Origin: Escherichia phage vB_EcoM_ESCO25
Length of the DNA stretch: 64,000 nt
Strand: one strand, 5' to 3'
Sequence record: OM386656.1
A program made the position numbers and the translations under genes. Below are positions 38,339-48,421 of this stretch, piece by piece. The notes under the pieces are model-generated. The model was not told where the DNA came from. It searched no databases and was given only the letters and a program-made list of their open reading frames with translations. The number at the start of each line of letters is the position of its first letter. Position 1 is the first letter of the stretch.

Positions 38339-39166
38339 TTACAGAATGTGTTGTTTTGTGTAACGATCCAAGAATTCAAAGTTTTCAGCATACTTTGAAA
38401 TTCGGTTGTAACCTTCTCCCAAACATCCGAAGAAAAGTTGCTCTACATAGTAGTGTGGCAATTGGCTAAGAATGATTTTGAAGTCTTCGTGATTTTGGCC
38501 CATAAGATACTTAATAGGACGAACAAGACACTGTGCATCACGTTCTTCATTAATCATTTTAACAAACGCTTCTGGTGTATTGATGTAGTTAAAATTCAGT
38601 TTAGCTTCAGTATCTGCTTGATTACCTTCATATTTTGCAAAATACAAGAAGTAAACATCATTTTTAACTTGATTTTCATCAAGAATCTCAATCAGTTTGT
38701 CTTCATGAGTTCCGGTGATATTTACATCATCAATGAACACAAGCTTCTTATCACCCCAGAATTCTTTGTTGCAGTAGAATGTATCCCCATCAATAAGTTT
38801 CTTACGACTAGCTTTATCCAAGAAACCATAATCGTTGATATAGCTAACTTTACGATGAATAATATCCAGTTCTGCTGAACGACCTTGATCATATTGTGCT
38901 TGCAACATATTAAAGTAATTAATAAAATGATCTGTCATCATTGTTGCAGCATTGTGCACATGGTTATAAGGAGAAGGGATGATAACAAATTGTTCCCCAA
39001 TATGTTTCATTGCCACTTGAGCAAAAAACTGAAGTACCAATTCTTTACCCATACGACGCGCAGCTTGGTTACTACCAAATTTCAATTTTGAATAGTCTTT
39101 GATATCAAAAGTAGCAGTTTCCAGGTCATCAAATTTATTTGCAAAAATTTGAGTTTGATTACGCAT
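38339..39166 (-). CDS. phosphoribosyltransferase-like protein (Ter-associated PRTase)
   Basis: 275-aa ORF; KLVFIDDVNITGTH resembles PRPP-binding motif. Confidence 0.5.
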   Translation of the reverse strand: MRNQTQIFANKFDDLETATFDIKDYSKLKFGSNQAARRMGKELVLQFFAQVAMKHIGEQFVIIPSPYNHVHNAATMMTDHFINYFNMLQAQYDQGRSAELDIIHRKVSYINDYGFLDKASRKKLIDGDTFYCNKEFWGDKKLVFIDDVNITGTHEDKLIEILDENQVKNDVYFLYFAKYEGNQADTEAKLNFNYINTPEAFVKMINEERDAQCLVRPIKYLMGQNHEDFKIILSQLPHYYVEQLFFGCLGEGYNRISKYAENFEFLDRYTKQHIL

Positions 39167-39815
39167 TTACAATTTCTCCTCTTTTAAGTTTCTCTAGTAA
39201 GTCGTTAGGGTTCTTAATATGACAGAAGTTAATCCCTATGTCAACACATTTACCATCAAATTCTTCGCTGTCCCCAACATGTAAAATCTCTTCAGCCTTC
39301 AAAGGAATGCTTGAATATGTGGCGGTCCTAACAAAGAATCTAGGATCTGGTTTACATAACAGATGTTCGTCTGAAAAATGCATAAATTCAAAACAATTCC
39401 AACTGTCGAACATACAAGCACGACGCAAAATATCCCCAGATATAAAATTAGTATTGCTTTTAATACTAAGATCATATTTACCAGACAAGTATAGCAAACA
39501 AACTGGCAAATCTAAAGCGATATGTGGAGGAAATTTAAGAAACCATTGCTCACACTCAAAACGCATTTGTGCAGATTCTACAGGGGTTAAACCTATCTTT
39601 CTTCCCAACATATTCCATGCATATGCTACACCTTCTGCACACCCATTTAGTGCAGCATTATCCATAATTTCTTTGGCATCTTTATATGCTTCTTTTGCCG
39701 CACGTTCAGACATTCTACCATATGTAGCAATAGTGTGCGTACGTGCATCTGCATAGTTTTGATTGGCAGAAATAAGAGTATTCCATACATCAAAAGAAAT
39801 ATGTTTTATTGTCAT
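39159..39815 (-). CDS. HAD-superfamily-like hydrolase (atypical motif I)
   Basis: Start moved to ATG 39815; HISFDVWNTL is non-canonical motif I; C-terminal VGDSEEFDG like HAD motif IV. Confidence 0.4.
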   Translation of the reverse strand: MTIKHISFDVWNTLISANQNYADARTHTIATYGRMSERAAKEAYKDAKEIMDNAALNGCAEGVAYAWNMLGRKIGLTPVESAQMRFECEQWFLKFPPHIALDLPVCLLYLSGKYDLSIKSNTNFISGDILRRACMFDSWNCFEFMHFSDEHLLCKPDPRFFVRTATYSSIPLKAEEILHVGDSEEFDGKCVDIGINFCHIKNPNDLLEKLKRGEIVNA

Positions 39816-39816
39816 A

Positions 39817-40422
39817 CTAGGCCCACCACGCATCAAGATTTAAGTTACTGTCTACCACAACTTGTTCTATGTGGTAGCCTTTTATCTGTATCCCACTGTT
39901 CAAGAGCATATCATATGCTTCATTGAAACGCAACTTATCTTCTGCGGAATATAAGCGAGCATTGTAAAATCGGTAATCAAGTTCTTCAGCATTAGAAGAA
40001 ATACGGAAGAAGTTTGTTTCTACTTCAGGATCACTTGCTGAAGTTTTAATGTGAACTTCTCCGTAATTTTCTTTGCTTAGATCCATGAAAAGAACACAGG
40101 CAACATGTTTAAACATTCGTTCCAGTTTGTAACGAACAACATTGAAACCTGCGTTCTCAAGTTTTTCTACACATTGCAACATTAACGTAGTGTCGAGATC
40201 GCTTTGATACTTTGTTAACATACGATCACGTTGAGACTTTGTATCCCGATGTAAATCAATTGTTGTGCATTTGGCACCAATGATCTTAGCTGCTTTCATC
40301 AACTCTTCAGAACTAACGTTAGATAAAGTAAGATGAAAATGGGCTTTCCACACTTTTTTAGCAGGGACACCAAAAGATTTATCCCCACTATTCGGCATGT
40401 TGACTACTACACTATGTTGCAT
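39817..40422 (-). CDS. hypothetical protein
   Basis: 201-aa ORF. Confidence 0.5.
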   Translation of the reverse strand: MQHSVVVNMPNSGDKSFGVPAKKVWKAHFHLTLSNVSSEELMKAAKIIGAKCTTIDLHRDTKSQRDRMLTKYQSDLDTTLMLQCVEKLENAGFNVVRYKLERMFKHVACVLFMDLSKENYGEVHIKTSASDPEVETNFFRISSNAEELDYRFYNARLYSAEDKLRFNEAYDMLLNSGIQIKGYHIEQVVVDSNLNLDAWWA

Positions 40423-40437
40423 TACTTATCTCCTCAC

Positions 40438-40662
40438 TTAAAATGGAAGTCTTTGAAGTTCATCTCCTCCGATATCAAGTAATTTAGCAACATCTCGATC
40501 AGAAAGCAACTCTTTTCTTTGTAAAATATCCACAAGGGTTGCAAGAATGTCCTTAACGTCCCGATCATTGTTCTTCAAAAGTTCTCCTGCCGTCCCTACC
40601 CTATCTCCTACAGCAAAATATGTAACCATAAAACCTCCTACGCTAATCTGATTGCCAACCAC
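40438..40662 (-). CDS. small hypothetical protein (uncertain)
   Basis: 74-aa ORF overlapping nrdG end by 20 nt. Confidence 0.3.
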   Translation of the reverse strand: MVGNQISVGGFMVTYFAVGDRVGTAGELLKNNDRDVKDILATLVDILQRKELLSDRDVAKLLDIGGDELQRLPF

Positions 40663-41113
40663 TCGCCGTTTTGGTCCATAATCTTTGATTATCTGACCCT
40701 CTGAAAGGTTTTGTGGTTGGATTGTTTATTTCATACTTTCCGTCTACAATAATGTCAACAAGATTTTTAATATACAAAGGCACTTCCTCAAAAGTATATC
40801 CTGTATACACCATTATATCTTTGCTTGACCCATAAACGTCTCTAACCTTTTCTATAAGGTTTTTAACATTGTAAATATTCTGCGGATCTAATGGTTCTCC
40901 TCCTAAAATTGTTAAACCTTTTACAAACGGTCTTGACAAATCTTTTAAAACTTGCTCTACATTTTCGTTAGTGAACGGTTTCCCATAAGAATAAGACCAG
41001 GCTTTCTGGTTAAAACAGCCACGACAACCGTGGCTACAACCACTAACCCAGAGGGAGCACCTAACTCCCTCACCATTAATAAGATCTACAGGTTCATATC
41101 CTGCAAAATTCAA
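40643..41113 (-). CDS. nrdG: anaerobic ribonucleotide reductase activating protein (radical SAM)
   Basis: 156-aa ORF; CSLWVSGCSHGCRGCFN cysteine cluster; directly downstream of nrdD. Confidence 0.85.
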   Translation of the reverse strand: MNFAGYEPVDLINGEGVRCSLWVSGCSHGCRGCFNQKAWSYSYGKPFTNENVEQVLKDLSRPFVKGLTILGGEPLDPQNIYNVKNLIEKVRDVYGSSKDIMVYTGYTFEEVPLYIKNLVDIIVDGKYEINNPTTKPFRGSDNQRLWTKTASGWQSD

Positions 41114-42924
41114 AGATGTTTCTCCCTTTGCAAAACTTCCTGCATTTTACCTTTGTTATAAGGCCGTGAATTAGGGGCAGAAAGATACCCTGATACACGT
41201 CTAACTACAGAAATAGTTTCTTCTTCATGGTTGCCACAATTAGGACACTCAAACCCTTTAGCCGTTGCCTTAAATTCTCCATGAAAACCACACTTAAAGC
41301 ATTGATCCACGGGCTGATTAATACCAAAATAGTGAATATGTTCATAAGCGTAGTCTACTAAAGTCTCCAAAGCTTCTAAGTTATTCTTTAAGTTTGGTGT
41401 TTCGACATAACTTATGTTACCACCATTGCTAATCTGTGCAAAACCTGCTTCATAATCCCATTTTTCAAAAGGATTTGTTACCAACCATACAGGTTGATGA
41501 AAAGAATTAGTAAGATAGTCTCTTTCTACCAGACCTGGATATTTTTCATTTAAAGCTGTTGCAAATTTATAGCACAAGGATTCTGCTGGAGTTCCATAAA
41601 GACTAAATGCCAACTTAGATCGTTCTTTAAACACAGCACACACATCTTTCATATGTTGCAGAATGTTTTTACCTAGTTCCTTTTTATCTTTTTCCTCTGG
41701 ATAAAGGATTTCCAAAGCTTCGGCAAGACCTACATAACCAATACTAATAGAAGCATAACCACCTTCAAACAAAGCACCAATTTCATCGTTGGCATTTAAA
41801 CGCGCTAAAGCCCCTTCCATGAAAAGAATAGGGTTTTCAGATGCTTTGGTATGTCTGATACGGTTTACACGTAGCATGTGAGCATCGTAGGCTATCTCCA
41901 TATGTTTATTAAGAAGATCGGTGAAAGATTCTCCTTTACTTCTCGCTTCCGCAGCAATCAGAGGCAAGTTGATAGAAACTACTCCAAGGTTGAATCGTCC
42001 ATCATATTTTTCTCCTTGTTCGGTGGCATAGTACGACAAAAAGGAACGACAACCCATACTCGTAACGGTACCATCTGCTGATCCCGTAACTTCTTTGTTC
42101 AAAGGAACAGAAATAAAATCTGGATAAATACGATCAGCACAACATGCCAAAGCTTGTTGCTTAAGGTCGTAGTTAGGATCACTAGGTTTCATGTTAACAC
42201 CTTCTTGTAAAAAGAAAATAACTTTAGGGAATACAGGCGTTACATGATCTTTACCTAGACCGTTACTATGCACTTTAAGATAGTTAGCTGTGATCATTCT
42301 GCCAAAAACAGAGGTATCCAGACCCATACTGATTGTAATAAAAGGAGATTGTCCATTAACACTCATTAAAGTGTTAACCTGATACAAAAGAGTTTGCATA
42401 GCGTCATATACATCTTGTTCGGTCATTTCTAGGGCTTCTTTCCTTGCATAACAACCGTAGCGACGTTTGGTTATCTCCATGTTTTTAAGGAAACTGGCTT
42501 CAACATAAGGACTAAGACCTTTATCAATGTGCGCACACGTCTGACCTCCATACTGACTGGAGGCAACAGCTTGGATGATTTGAGTTAGCACTGTAGTAGC
42601 TACTCCAATAGATTTTGGTTTTTCTATCTGTGCAGCACCGATCTTAAAACCATTCTCTAACATATCTTGATAATTAACAAGACAACAGTTTGTAAGAGGA
42701 GAGAGCAGATAATCCAAGTCGTGAATATGTCCAAAACCTTCTGTATGCCATTCTGACAAGTTTTTTGGCAGTATCTGTGTCATTGCCATATGTTTGCTTA
42801 AAATCCCCGCCAAGAGATCCCTGTGCGTGTTAACAAGGTGGGAAGGTTTGTTTGCATTCTCTCTAGTGTATGTTTCTGAAGTGCGATCTAAAAAAGAAAA
42901 AACATCTTGGTACAAATCTTTCAT
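41110..42924 (-). CDS. nrdD: anaerobic ribonucleoside-triphosphate reductase (class III)
   Basis: 604-aa ORF; C-terminal CxxC...CxxC then glycyl-radical motif RRVSGYL. Confidence 0.85.
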   Translation of the reverse strand: MKDLYQDVFSFLDRTSETYTRENANKPSHLVNTHRDLLAGILSKHMAMTQILPKNLSEWHTEGFGHIHDLDYLLSPLTNCCLVNYQDMLENGFKIGAAQIEKPKSIGVATTVLTQIIQAVASSQYGGQTCAHIDKGLSPYVEASFLKNMEITKRRYGCYARKEALEMTEQDVYDAMQTLLYQVNTLMSVNGQSPFITISMGLDTSVFGRMITANYLKVHSNGLGKDHVTPVFPKVIFFLQEGVNMKPSDPNYDLKQQALACCADRIYPDFISVPLNKEVTGSADGTVTSMGCRSFLSYYATEQGEKYDGRFNLGVVSINLPLIAAEARSKGESFTDLLNKHMEIAYDAHMLRVNRIRHTKASENPILFMEGALARLNANDEIGALFEGGYASISIGYVGLAEALEILYPEEKDKKELGKNILQHMKDVCAVFKERSKLAFSLYGTPAESLCYKFATALNEKYPGLVERDYLTNSFHQPVWLVTNPFEKWDYEAGFAQISNGGNISYVETPNLKNNLEALETLVDYAYEHIHYFGINQPVDQCFKCGFHGEFKATAKGFECPNCGNHEEETISVVRRVSGYLSAPNSRPYNKGKMQEVLQREKHL

Positions 42925-42994
42925 TATTAATCCTTATTTTGTGAGTAGAACTATTATTCTACCTCTTTCAACCGAAAAAAGCTTTGAGGGAAAT

Positions 42995-43024
42995 CAAAAA
43001 AGGCGCAAAGTGCGCCTTTAAGTT
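42995..43024 (-). terminator. rho-independent terminator (usable in both directions)
   Basis: AGGCGCA-AAG-TGCGCCT stem; on - strand followed by UUUUUU; A-run on the other side. Confidence 0.7.
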
Positions 43025-43027
43025 TTA

Positions 43028-44413
43028 TCATTTGGAGAGGAATTGTCTTCCCATGATCTTACCGTTCTTCACAGCGGTCCCATCGTGTCCATTGTAATCC
43101 CAGGTTCCATCGATATTACGCAAGAAGCTATCACGAACAGTATAGGCTTTACCGTTCTCTACTTTACTTTCTTCCACAATGATTGCCATAACAAGCTTAT
43201 TTTCAATTTCGGTAGTAACCGATTCTTTGATACCCTCTGTAACTTCACGATCATATTGGATATAAACTCGCTCCTCGGTTACTTGCACGTCTACCACATT
43301 TTTAAATGTGTAGGTCTGTTGCGTAGTGTAGAGGACACGAACGACACTCTTCTTACCTACCGGAGGCTTCTTACGAGGCTTACGGTAACGTGGTTTAGGG
43401 TTGTTAGTTGGAAGCCAACCAACAATATCCCGATCATATCCAACATGACCCCAAGTGAAATGCGTAGCCGATCCACTATCCGTAGTTCCGTCACGAAAGA
43501 GAACTTCTACGTGACCACCACAAGGGCGGTGTCCACCATTATTATAGTTGTATTTTGCCGTGCGCGGGAGAATGAAGTATTCTTTAATCGCCCACTCTTC
43601 CAGATTGTCGATATTCCAAGTGAATACTGTTCCCTTAGCAACATCTGTTTGACCATTGTTGAAGCGAACCTGCACGAAATCTTCCGAAGGCATAACACCT
43701 GTGTTCGGCAGATATTCAAATGCAGTATCTTCCGCTACAAACTGTTCTTCCTCTTGCTCCTCAATACTTGGCACAGGCGCAGCTTCATCGTATTTCGCAG
43801 CAAACATATTTTTAAATTCTTGAGCCGTGACTTCTACAAGGCCGCGATCACCAGTAGCAGCAGAGTGTGGGCGTGGTAAATCCCCAACTTCAATATGCAT
43901 TGCATCTAAGCCTGCTTGACGATCAAAGAAGATAACCTTGCGGAATTGTTTATCTTTATATTGTGGCAGTTCATACATACTTGGATCGATTGTCTTCAAA
44001 CGTTCAGCATCTTCTGGCTTCCAGAAGCTTTTACCTGTTGCAAATCTAAAGTCTACCAGTAGTTTAACAACATCTCCTAATGATAAACTATCTGCATCTA
44101 CGAAAACGTCTTCGATTCCCAATAACCCTGATTTCTTAAGAATCAAATCTAACATGTAACCTCCTGTGGTTTGTTCTGCGTCTGGATAACGATCAACACT
44201 GGTGCTGGTTACACCGTTTATTTCACCAGTGGAGGCATTGTAGGAAATATATGGGAAGGTCATATCGTTCATTGCAAAATCACCTGAACAGGTTGGATCA
44301 TCTTCTCCCTCCCAGCCATACACCTTCACAATACCTTCACACAATTTGTCATACACACCAGCGCGACGTGCTGCTTCAGCAACTTCCTGTTTACGGGCAA
44401 ATTTATTAATCAT
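43028..44413 (-). CDS. hypothetical protein
   Basis: Start moved to ATG 44413 (SD AGGAGG); strong terminator downstream. Confidence 0.5.
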   Translation of the reverse strand: MINKFARKQEVAEAARRAGVYDKLCEGIVKVYGWEGEDDPTCSGDFAMNDMTFPYISYNASTGEINGVTSTSVDRYPDAEQTTGGYMLDLILKKSGLLGIEDVFVDADSLSLGDVVKLLVDFRFATGKSFWKPEDAERLKTIDPSMYELPQYKDKQFRKVIFFDRQAGLDAMHIEVGDLPRPHSAATGDRGLVEVTAQEFKNMFAAKYDEAAPVPSIEEQEEEQFVAEDTAFEYLPNTGVMPSEDFVQVRFNNGQTDVAKGTVFTWNIDNLEEWAIKEYFILPRTAKYNYNNGGHRPCGGHVEVLFRDGTTDSGSATHFTWGHVGYDRDIVGWLPTNNPKPRYRKPRKKPPVGKKSVVRVLYTTQQTYTFKNVVDVQVTEERVYIQYDREVTEGIKESVTTEIENKLVMAIIVEESKVENGKAYTVRDSFLRNIDGTWDYNGHDGTAVKNGKIMGRQFLSK

Positions 44414-44963
44414 GATTCCTCCTGTTAATTGCCATAGATGCACGAGGTTCGGCTATGGCTGTTGCATAAATATATGGATGACCTTGTGGGGACAATCTTG
44501 TTCCGAATGACCCTAATTCTAAACCATTCATGTCTTCCACGTCAAGCCCTATTTCTGTTTCTACAATTCTTGTTTGGACTTTGTAGTAGGTCCAGAAGAA
44601 GTATCGCATTTCTTCGGCATACTCTTTCACTTCACCAAAGCTGGGATAGAACTCAATCAACTCCAGCTTCAAGAAGATGTTGAAGTGAGAATCATCCAAC
44701 ACTTCCTCTGTGCGGTAACATGGTGTCAGGGCCATGTAGGGATGACCAGCGATAAACTCGTAGCCATCCTTTTCCATTTGCAAGAATGATTGCTCGGCAC
44801 TGGCAACATAAAACTTCCCATTAGGATGCCCCAAAGGAGCATCTTCTTTGCCAGGTGGCAGTGTGAATGCCAAAATATCTGCATCCACTAAATAAGGAAC
44901 ATCTAACATTTCAGCAAAGCGTCCATAACTCTGGATGGCTTCGGCAATCACACCTGTGTTCAT
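44406..44963 (-). CDS. hypothetical protein
   Basis: 185-aa ORF coupled to MazG-like gene. Confidence 0.5.
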   Translation of the reverse strand: MNTGVIAEAIQSYGRFAEMLDVPYLVDADILAFTLPPGKEDAPLGHPNGKFYVASAEQSFLQMEKDGYEFIAGHPYMALTPCYRTEEVLDDSHFNIFLKLELIEFYPSFGEVKEYAEEMRYFFWTYYKVQTRIVETEIGLDVEDMNGLELGSFGTRLSPQGHPYIYATAIAEPRASMAINRRNHD

Positions 44964-45211
44964 GACCTTCCTCCTGTGCTGAAAGCGCGTTTAGTAATGT
45001 TGGACATAATGATTAAATCTTGTAAAGTCATATCTGGGAACTGTTGTTCTAAAACTCCCTCGACAGCCCCTATAATATCTGACAATTCAACAAGTTGCAT
45101 TATTTTGCAATCCTGCTCAACAGCATCAAAAAGTTCTTCTACTTCCTCTTTAATCTTTTCTATGCTGCCATAAGGTTGTTTCTTAATGTCTGTTATGTGA
45201 TACCCTGCCAT
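44960..45211 (-). CDS. MazG-like nucleotide pyrophosphohydrolase (small all-alpha)
   Basis: 83-aa ORF; EKIKEEVEELFDAVEQ resembles MazG EExxE metal-binding helix. Confidence 0.45.
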   Translation of the reverse strand: MAGYHITDIKKQPYGSIEKIKEEVEELFDAVEQDCKIMQLVELSDIIGAVEGVLEQQFPDMTLQDLIIMSNITKRAFSTGGRS

Positions 45212-46804
45212 TTAACGATCCTCTCTGATTTGATTAATCTTACGAGCAAGGGCAGCTATAAGCTTATCTTCTTCAGATACAGGAGCCGTGCTCTTACCTA
45301 AACGATGCATGTCTAAAATCTCTTGAACAGTTCGGTTCCATTGCAGACATTTAATACAACGTGTATGTGCAACATACAGAAGATTTCGTTCTGATTCTTC
45401 AAGACCTACCCACTCACCCTTCTTATCGTAATTAGAAGGGAAGTCATTTGCAACAATAACCTGATCCCATTCCAAACCTTTTGATTTGTGGGCTGTAGTT
45501 AAAGTAACTTTAGCCGTTGGAGAGTTACGGTGCATACGTAAAGTGTATGCAATATTATTAGCTTTACCAGAAACAACAATGTTTAAAAGTCGTTTTGCAT
45601 CAGGATCTGATTCTGCACACTCTACAAATTCTTCCCAAGAAGTGTAAGGTAGAACTGTCTCATGCTTAACTTTGTCCAAATCACCTCTACGTAAAGCATT
45701 AACACTATCAACCATAGAAATGAAATCTTTGGTATCTACGTTAATAATAATCTCTTCTCCGTTAGCGATTCGGTCCATAGCTTCGAGCAACAGGGTCAAA
45801 TTCTTACGGAAAATAATGGTGTAAGGTTTACTATAATCTACCACATCAGAATGAAAACTTCCAGTGACAGTATCATAACCTTTCCCTACCAGCGGATGCT
45901 TCAGAGGTGAGCGATCAGAAAGGATCGCATTAGCAATGTCCGCAACTTTAGGACCAAAGCGAAAACAAGCTGTCAGAGGCAACTCAACCCCATATGTAGC
46001 CGTTTGCTTCATCATGTTCTGGCTTCCACGGAACTGATAAATACTCTGAAACTCATCACCCACAACAACAATACGTTTAGCCGATTTAGCATTGCGAAGG
46101 ATAGACAGGAATGCAGGGTTAACATCCTGGAATTCATCTCCAAAAATAATATCGTATCCTAAATCTTCTTTACTCAATTCAAAGAGTTTCACATAGGTGT
46201 CATGAGTCATAATGGTTTCTGATTTAGGATCAATACGCTCACGCCAAAGTTGCTTCGCATATTTAACAACTTCGTTAATAAGTTTTTGTTCGTTGATGTT
46301 CTTACGTTTAAGATCTGACATATGCACTTTAGGAAAATGTTTATGTCCAATATGTTCATCGTCAGAAAACTCGTATTTAGCTAAAGTTTGTTTTACCATT
46401 AACCCGATCATTGCACGAGTCAGTAGCACTTTACCATTCTTATCAATCAAGTTCTGAATCTTGAATTTTTTGGCAATCTCACTACCAGTTCCAGCTACGT
46501 TAACATATTGACCTTCTGGACGAGACAATTTGTGTCGAAGGTTTTGTGGAAGACGCTGGTAACAGATTGAATGTAGCGTTCGGCACATAACATTAGGCGG
46601 CATTTTACGTCGAGCTTCCTCTGCCATACTTTTGTTAAACGCCAAGTATAGAATACTATCATTTGTGCCATTAGCCAACATATACAGCGTTGACGTTTTA
46701 CCTGATCCAGATTTAGCTTGAATTGTAACGAAACGATTTTCTTGATACCCACTTTCAATAGCGTATTGTTCGTCGGTAGGTGTAAAACTCAATTGTGTAG
46801 ACAC
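45212..46804 (-). CDS. UvrD/Rep-like superfamily 1 DNA helicase
   Basis: 530-aa ORF; Walker A AKSGSGKTS; motif CRTLHSICYQ; Walker B-like IIFGDEFQD. Confidence 0.75.
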   Translation of the reverse strand: MSTQLSFTPTDEQYAIESGYQENRFVTIQAKSGSGKTSTLYMLANGTNDSILYLAFNKSMAEEARRKMPPNVMCRTLHSICYQRLPQNLRHKLSRPEGQYVNVAGTGSEIAKKFKIQNLIDKNGKVLLTRAMIGLMVKQTLAKYEFSDDEHIGHKHFPKVHMSDLKRKNINEQKLINEVVKYAKQLWRERIDPKSETIMTHDTYVKLFELSKEDLGYDIIFGDEFQDVNPAFLSILRNAKSAKRIVVVGDEFQSIYQFRGSQNMMKQTATYGVELPLTACFRFGPKVADIANAILSDRSPLKHPLVGKGYDTVTGSFHSDVVDYSKPYTIIFRKNLTLLLEAMDRIANGEEIIINVDTKDFISMVDSVNALRRGDLDKVKHETVLPYTSWEEFVECAESDPDAKRLLNIVVSGKANNIAYTLRMHRNSPTAKVTLTTAHKSKGLEWDQVIVANDFPSNYDKKGEWVGLEESERNLLYVAHTRCIKCLQWNRTVQEILDMHRLGKSTAPVSEEDKLIAALARKINQIREDR

Positions 46805-46818
46805 GTGTTTCTCCTCTC

Positions 46819-47328
46819 TTAATAAAAACTCTTGACAATCCTCATCATTTCCTTAGCTCTGCTGGCATAAGGTTCTTTTAGATTAGGTGGCAAATGTGCA
46901 TTAATGTATCCCATTTGTTTTTCCCATGTCCACTTATCTTTAAATCTTGGCATGGTATCTCCTGCTAAACTGTTTTCTTTTCGTGTTTGAATAATCCAAT
47001 TACATGGAAAATGCACACCACCTTTACGGAAGGGAATATAATGTCCCAATGTGAATGCCTTATTGTTCTTTAAACGTCCAGCTAAATTAAGATTAACAAT
47101 AAGACTACGAAACACATAGTATTGATAAAGATTGTCAACAGTATATACAGAGTAGTATGCTCTAAGTGCATTATCTCTACTAAGATTACCAACATCCAAA
47201 CTGCACCAGTTTAAATTACTTGGATCATAGTTGTGATTATCAATCCATTCTTCTCTTTCCTCAAATTCTGCATTAACAGCAGATTGCCCTGCTGTAGATA
47301 CAAAAAGAGAATTTGCATCAAAGAACAT
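46819..47328 (-). CDS. hypothetical protein
   Basis: 169-aa ORF. Confidence 0.5.
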   Translation of the reverse strand: MFFDANSLFVSTAGQSAVNAEFEEREEWIDNHNYDPSNLNWCSLDVGNLSRDNALRAYYSVYTVDNLYQYYVFRSLIVNLNLAGRLKNNKAFTLGHYIPFRKGGVHFPCNWIIQTRKENSLAGDTMPRFKDKWTWEKQMGYINAHLPPNLKEPYASRAKEMMRIVKSFY

Positions 47329-47338
47329 ACTCCCTCCT

Positions 47339-47749
47339 TTAGTTTACATCGTTTAGAGCATTACCAATCTTTAAGATAATAACATCGTTAAGGGCTTCTT
47401 CTCCATTAAGGCCAGAGAAAGCAGGAGTAACGAAAGTTACCATATAATAATGGTCTTCTTGTAGGATTGCGATAACGCCGTCTAGTTTAACATCTCCTGT
47501 GAAACGAAAAACTTTCAACTTTTGTTCTAAAGGAAGATCTCCTTCAACATTTAAAACCATATCTCCAACACCAAACTTTTCTGCCCCGATGTAGATGTAA
47601 GCTTGGTCCTCTTTTTTATGATAATACAGTGTTGCTTGTTTGTCTTGTAGTGTTGTGATACCAAACACATCTACATCAATAATATTTTTCAAAAATTCTC
47701 CTCCCAAATCCAATAATTGTCTACATAAGTAGGATGCCTTTTGTCCCAC
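47339..47749 (-). CDS. hypothetical protein (start uncertain)
   Basis: 136-aa ORF; 5' end overlaps upstream ORF by about 60 nt. Confidence 0.4.
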   Translation of the reverse strand: MGQKASYLCRQLLDLGGEFLKNIIDVDVFGITTLQDKQATLYYHKKEDQAYIYIGAEKFGVGDMVLNVEGDLPLEQKLKVFRFTGDVKLDGVIAILQEDHYYMVTFVTPAFSGLNGEEALNDVIILKIGNALNDVN

Positions 47750-48057
47750 TCTTTTCTAGCCCAAGCCACGGCTGCTATCAATACATCTCCATGACAAGGT
47801 TGAGGGGAGCAGAAGCAAACTAAATCTTTCCCTTCTAGCTCTAATAAATCTTCAAGAGTGATCTTACCACAACGAATTTGCTCCCACAACCACTCTTTAT
47901 ACCTTTGTATAGTTGATCCTCGTGGTTCATCATCTTTTAACTTAAAAGGGTTTGCAAACTTGGAGGCTTTTAGTCCCATGTGTGGCATTGCTCTACCAAT
48001 ATAAACAGCACCTTCTGGGATTGTTTTGCCTAAATGGTAAAAGTTTAATACCTTCAT
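47689..48057 (-). CDS. conserved hypothetical protein (C-F-C-S-P-x-P-C-H-G-D motif, DUF4326-like)
   Basis: 122-aa ORF with GKDLVCFCSPQPCHGDVL motif; family name recalled from memory. Confidence 0.5.
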   Translation of the reverse strand: MKVLNFYHLGKTIPEGAVYIGRAMPHMGLKASKFANPFKLKDDEPRGSTIQRYKEWLWEQIRCGKITLEDLLELEGKDLVCFCSPQPCHGDVLIAAVAWARKEWDKRHPTYVDNYWIWEENF

Positions 48058-48058
48058 A

Positions 48059-48421
48059 TTAACCTAAACACATACGTGCGATCAGACCTTGAATTAGTTT
48101 ATCTGCTTCTTCTCGATCATAGTCGGTATCTTCTATACCACCATCTTCGTCACGATAAACTTTACCTTCCAGGTACCCAGCATCGATCAAACCAATAATC
48201 AAATCGAACTGCCAACAAGAATTACCGAAAGGACGTTTTCCACTGAAACTGTCTTCTTCTTCCCAAAGTGTAGAGAGCAGTCGTCTGAAATATTCACGCA
48301 CAGTAACAGTGCCAAGATCATCGTCTTCAAAAACAACATCTAAAGCATCTGGTTCAGCTTTATCTACAACAGGCACATAACGTTGACCATTAATAACAAC
48401 ATCTACAATCGTTTCTCTCAT
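48059..48421 (-). CDS. hypothetical acidic protein
   Basis: 120-aa ORF. Confidence 0.5.
   Translation of the reverse strand: MRETIVDVVINGQRYVPVVDKAEPDALDVVFEDDDLGTVTVREYFRRLLSTLWEEEDSFSGKRPFGNSCWQFDLIIGLIDAGYLEGKVYRDEDGGIEDTDYDREEADKLIQGLIARMCLG

Noticed and set aside
39238-39756. 172-aa + strand ORF
   Set aside because: Antisense to the HAD-like gene; Ser/Cys-rich low-complexity translation
40438-40662. 74-aa ORF as a split C-terminal glycyl-radical domain of NrdD
   Set aside because: NrdD already ends with an intact RVSGY glycyl-radical motif; the 74-aa ORF lacks it and is kept only as a low-confidence hypothetical
43043-43879. 278-aa + strand ORF
   Set aside because: Antisense shadow of the - strand ORF 43028..44413; no SD; the surrounding block is uniformly - strand
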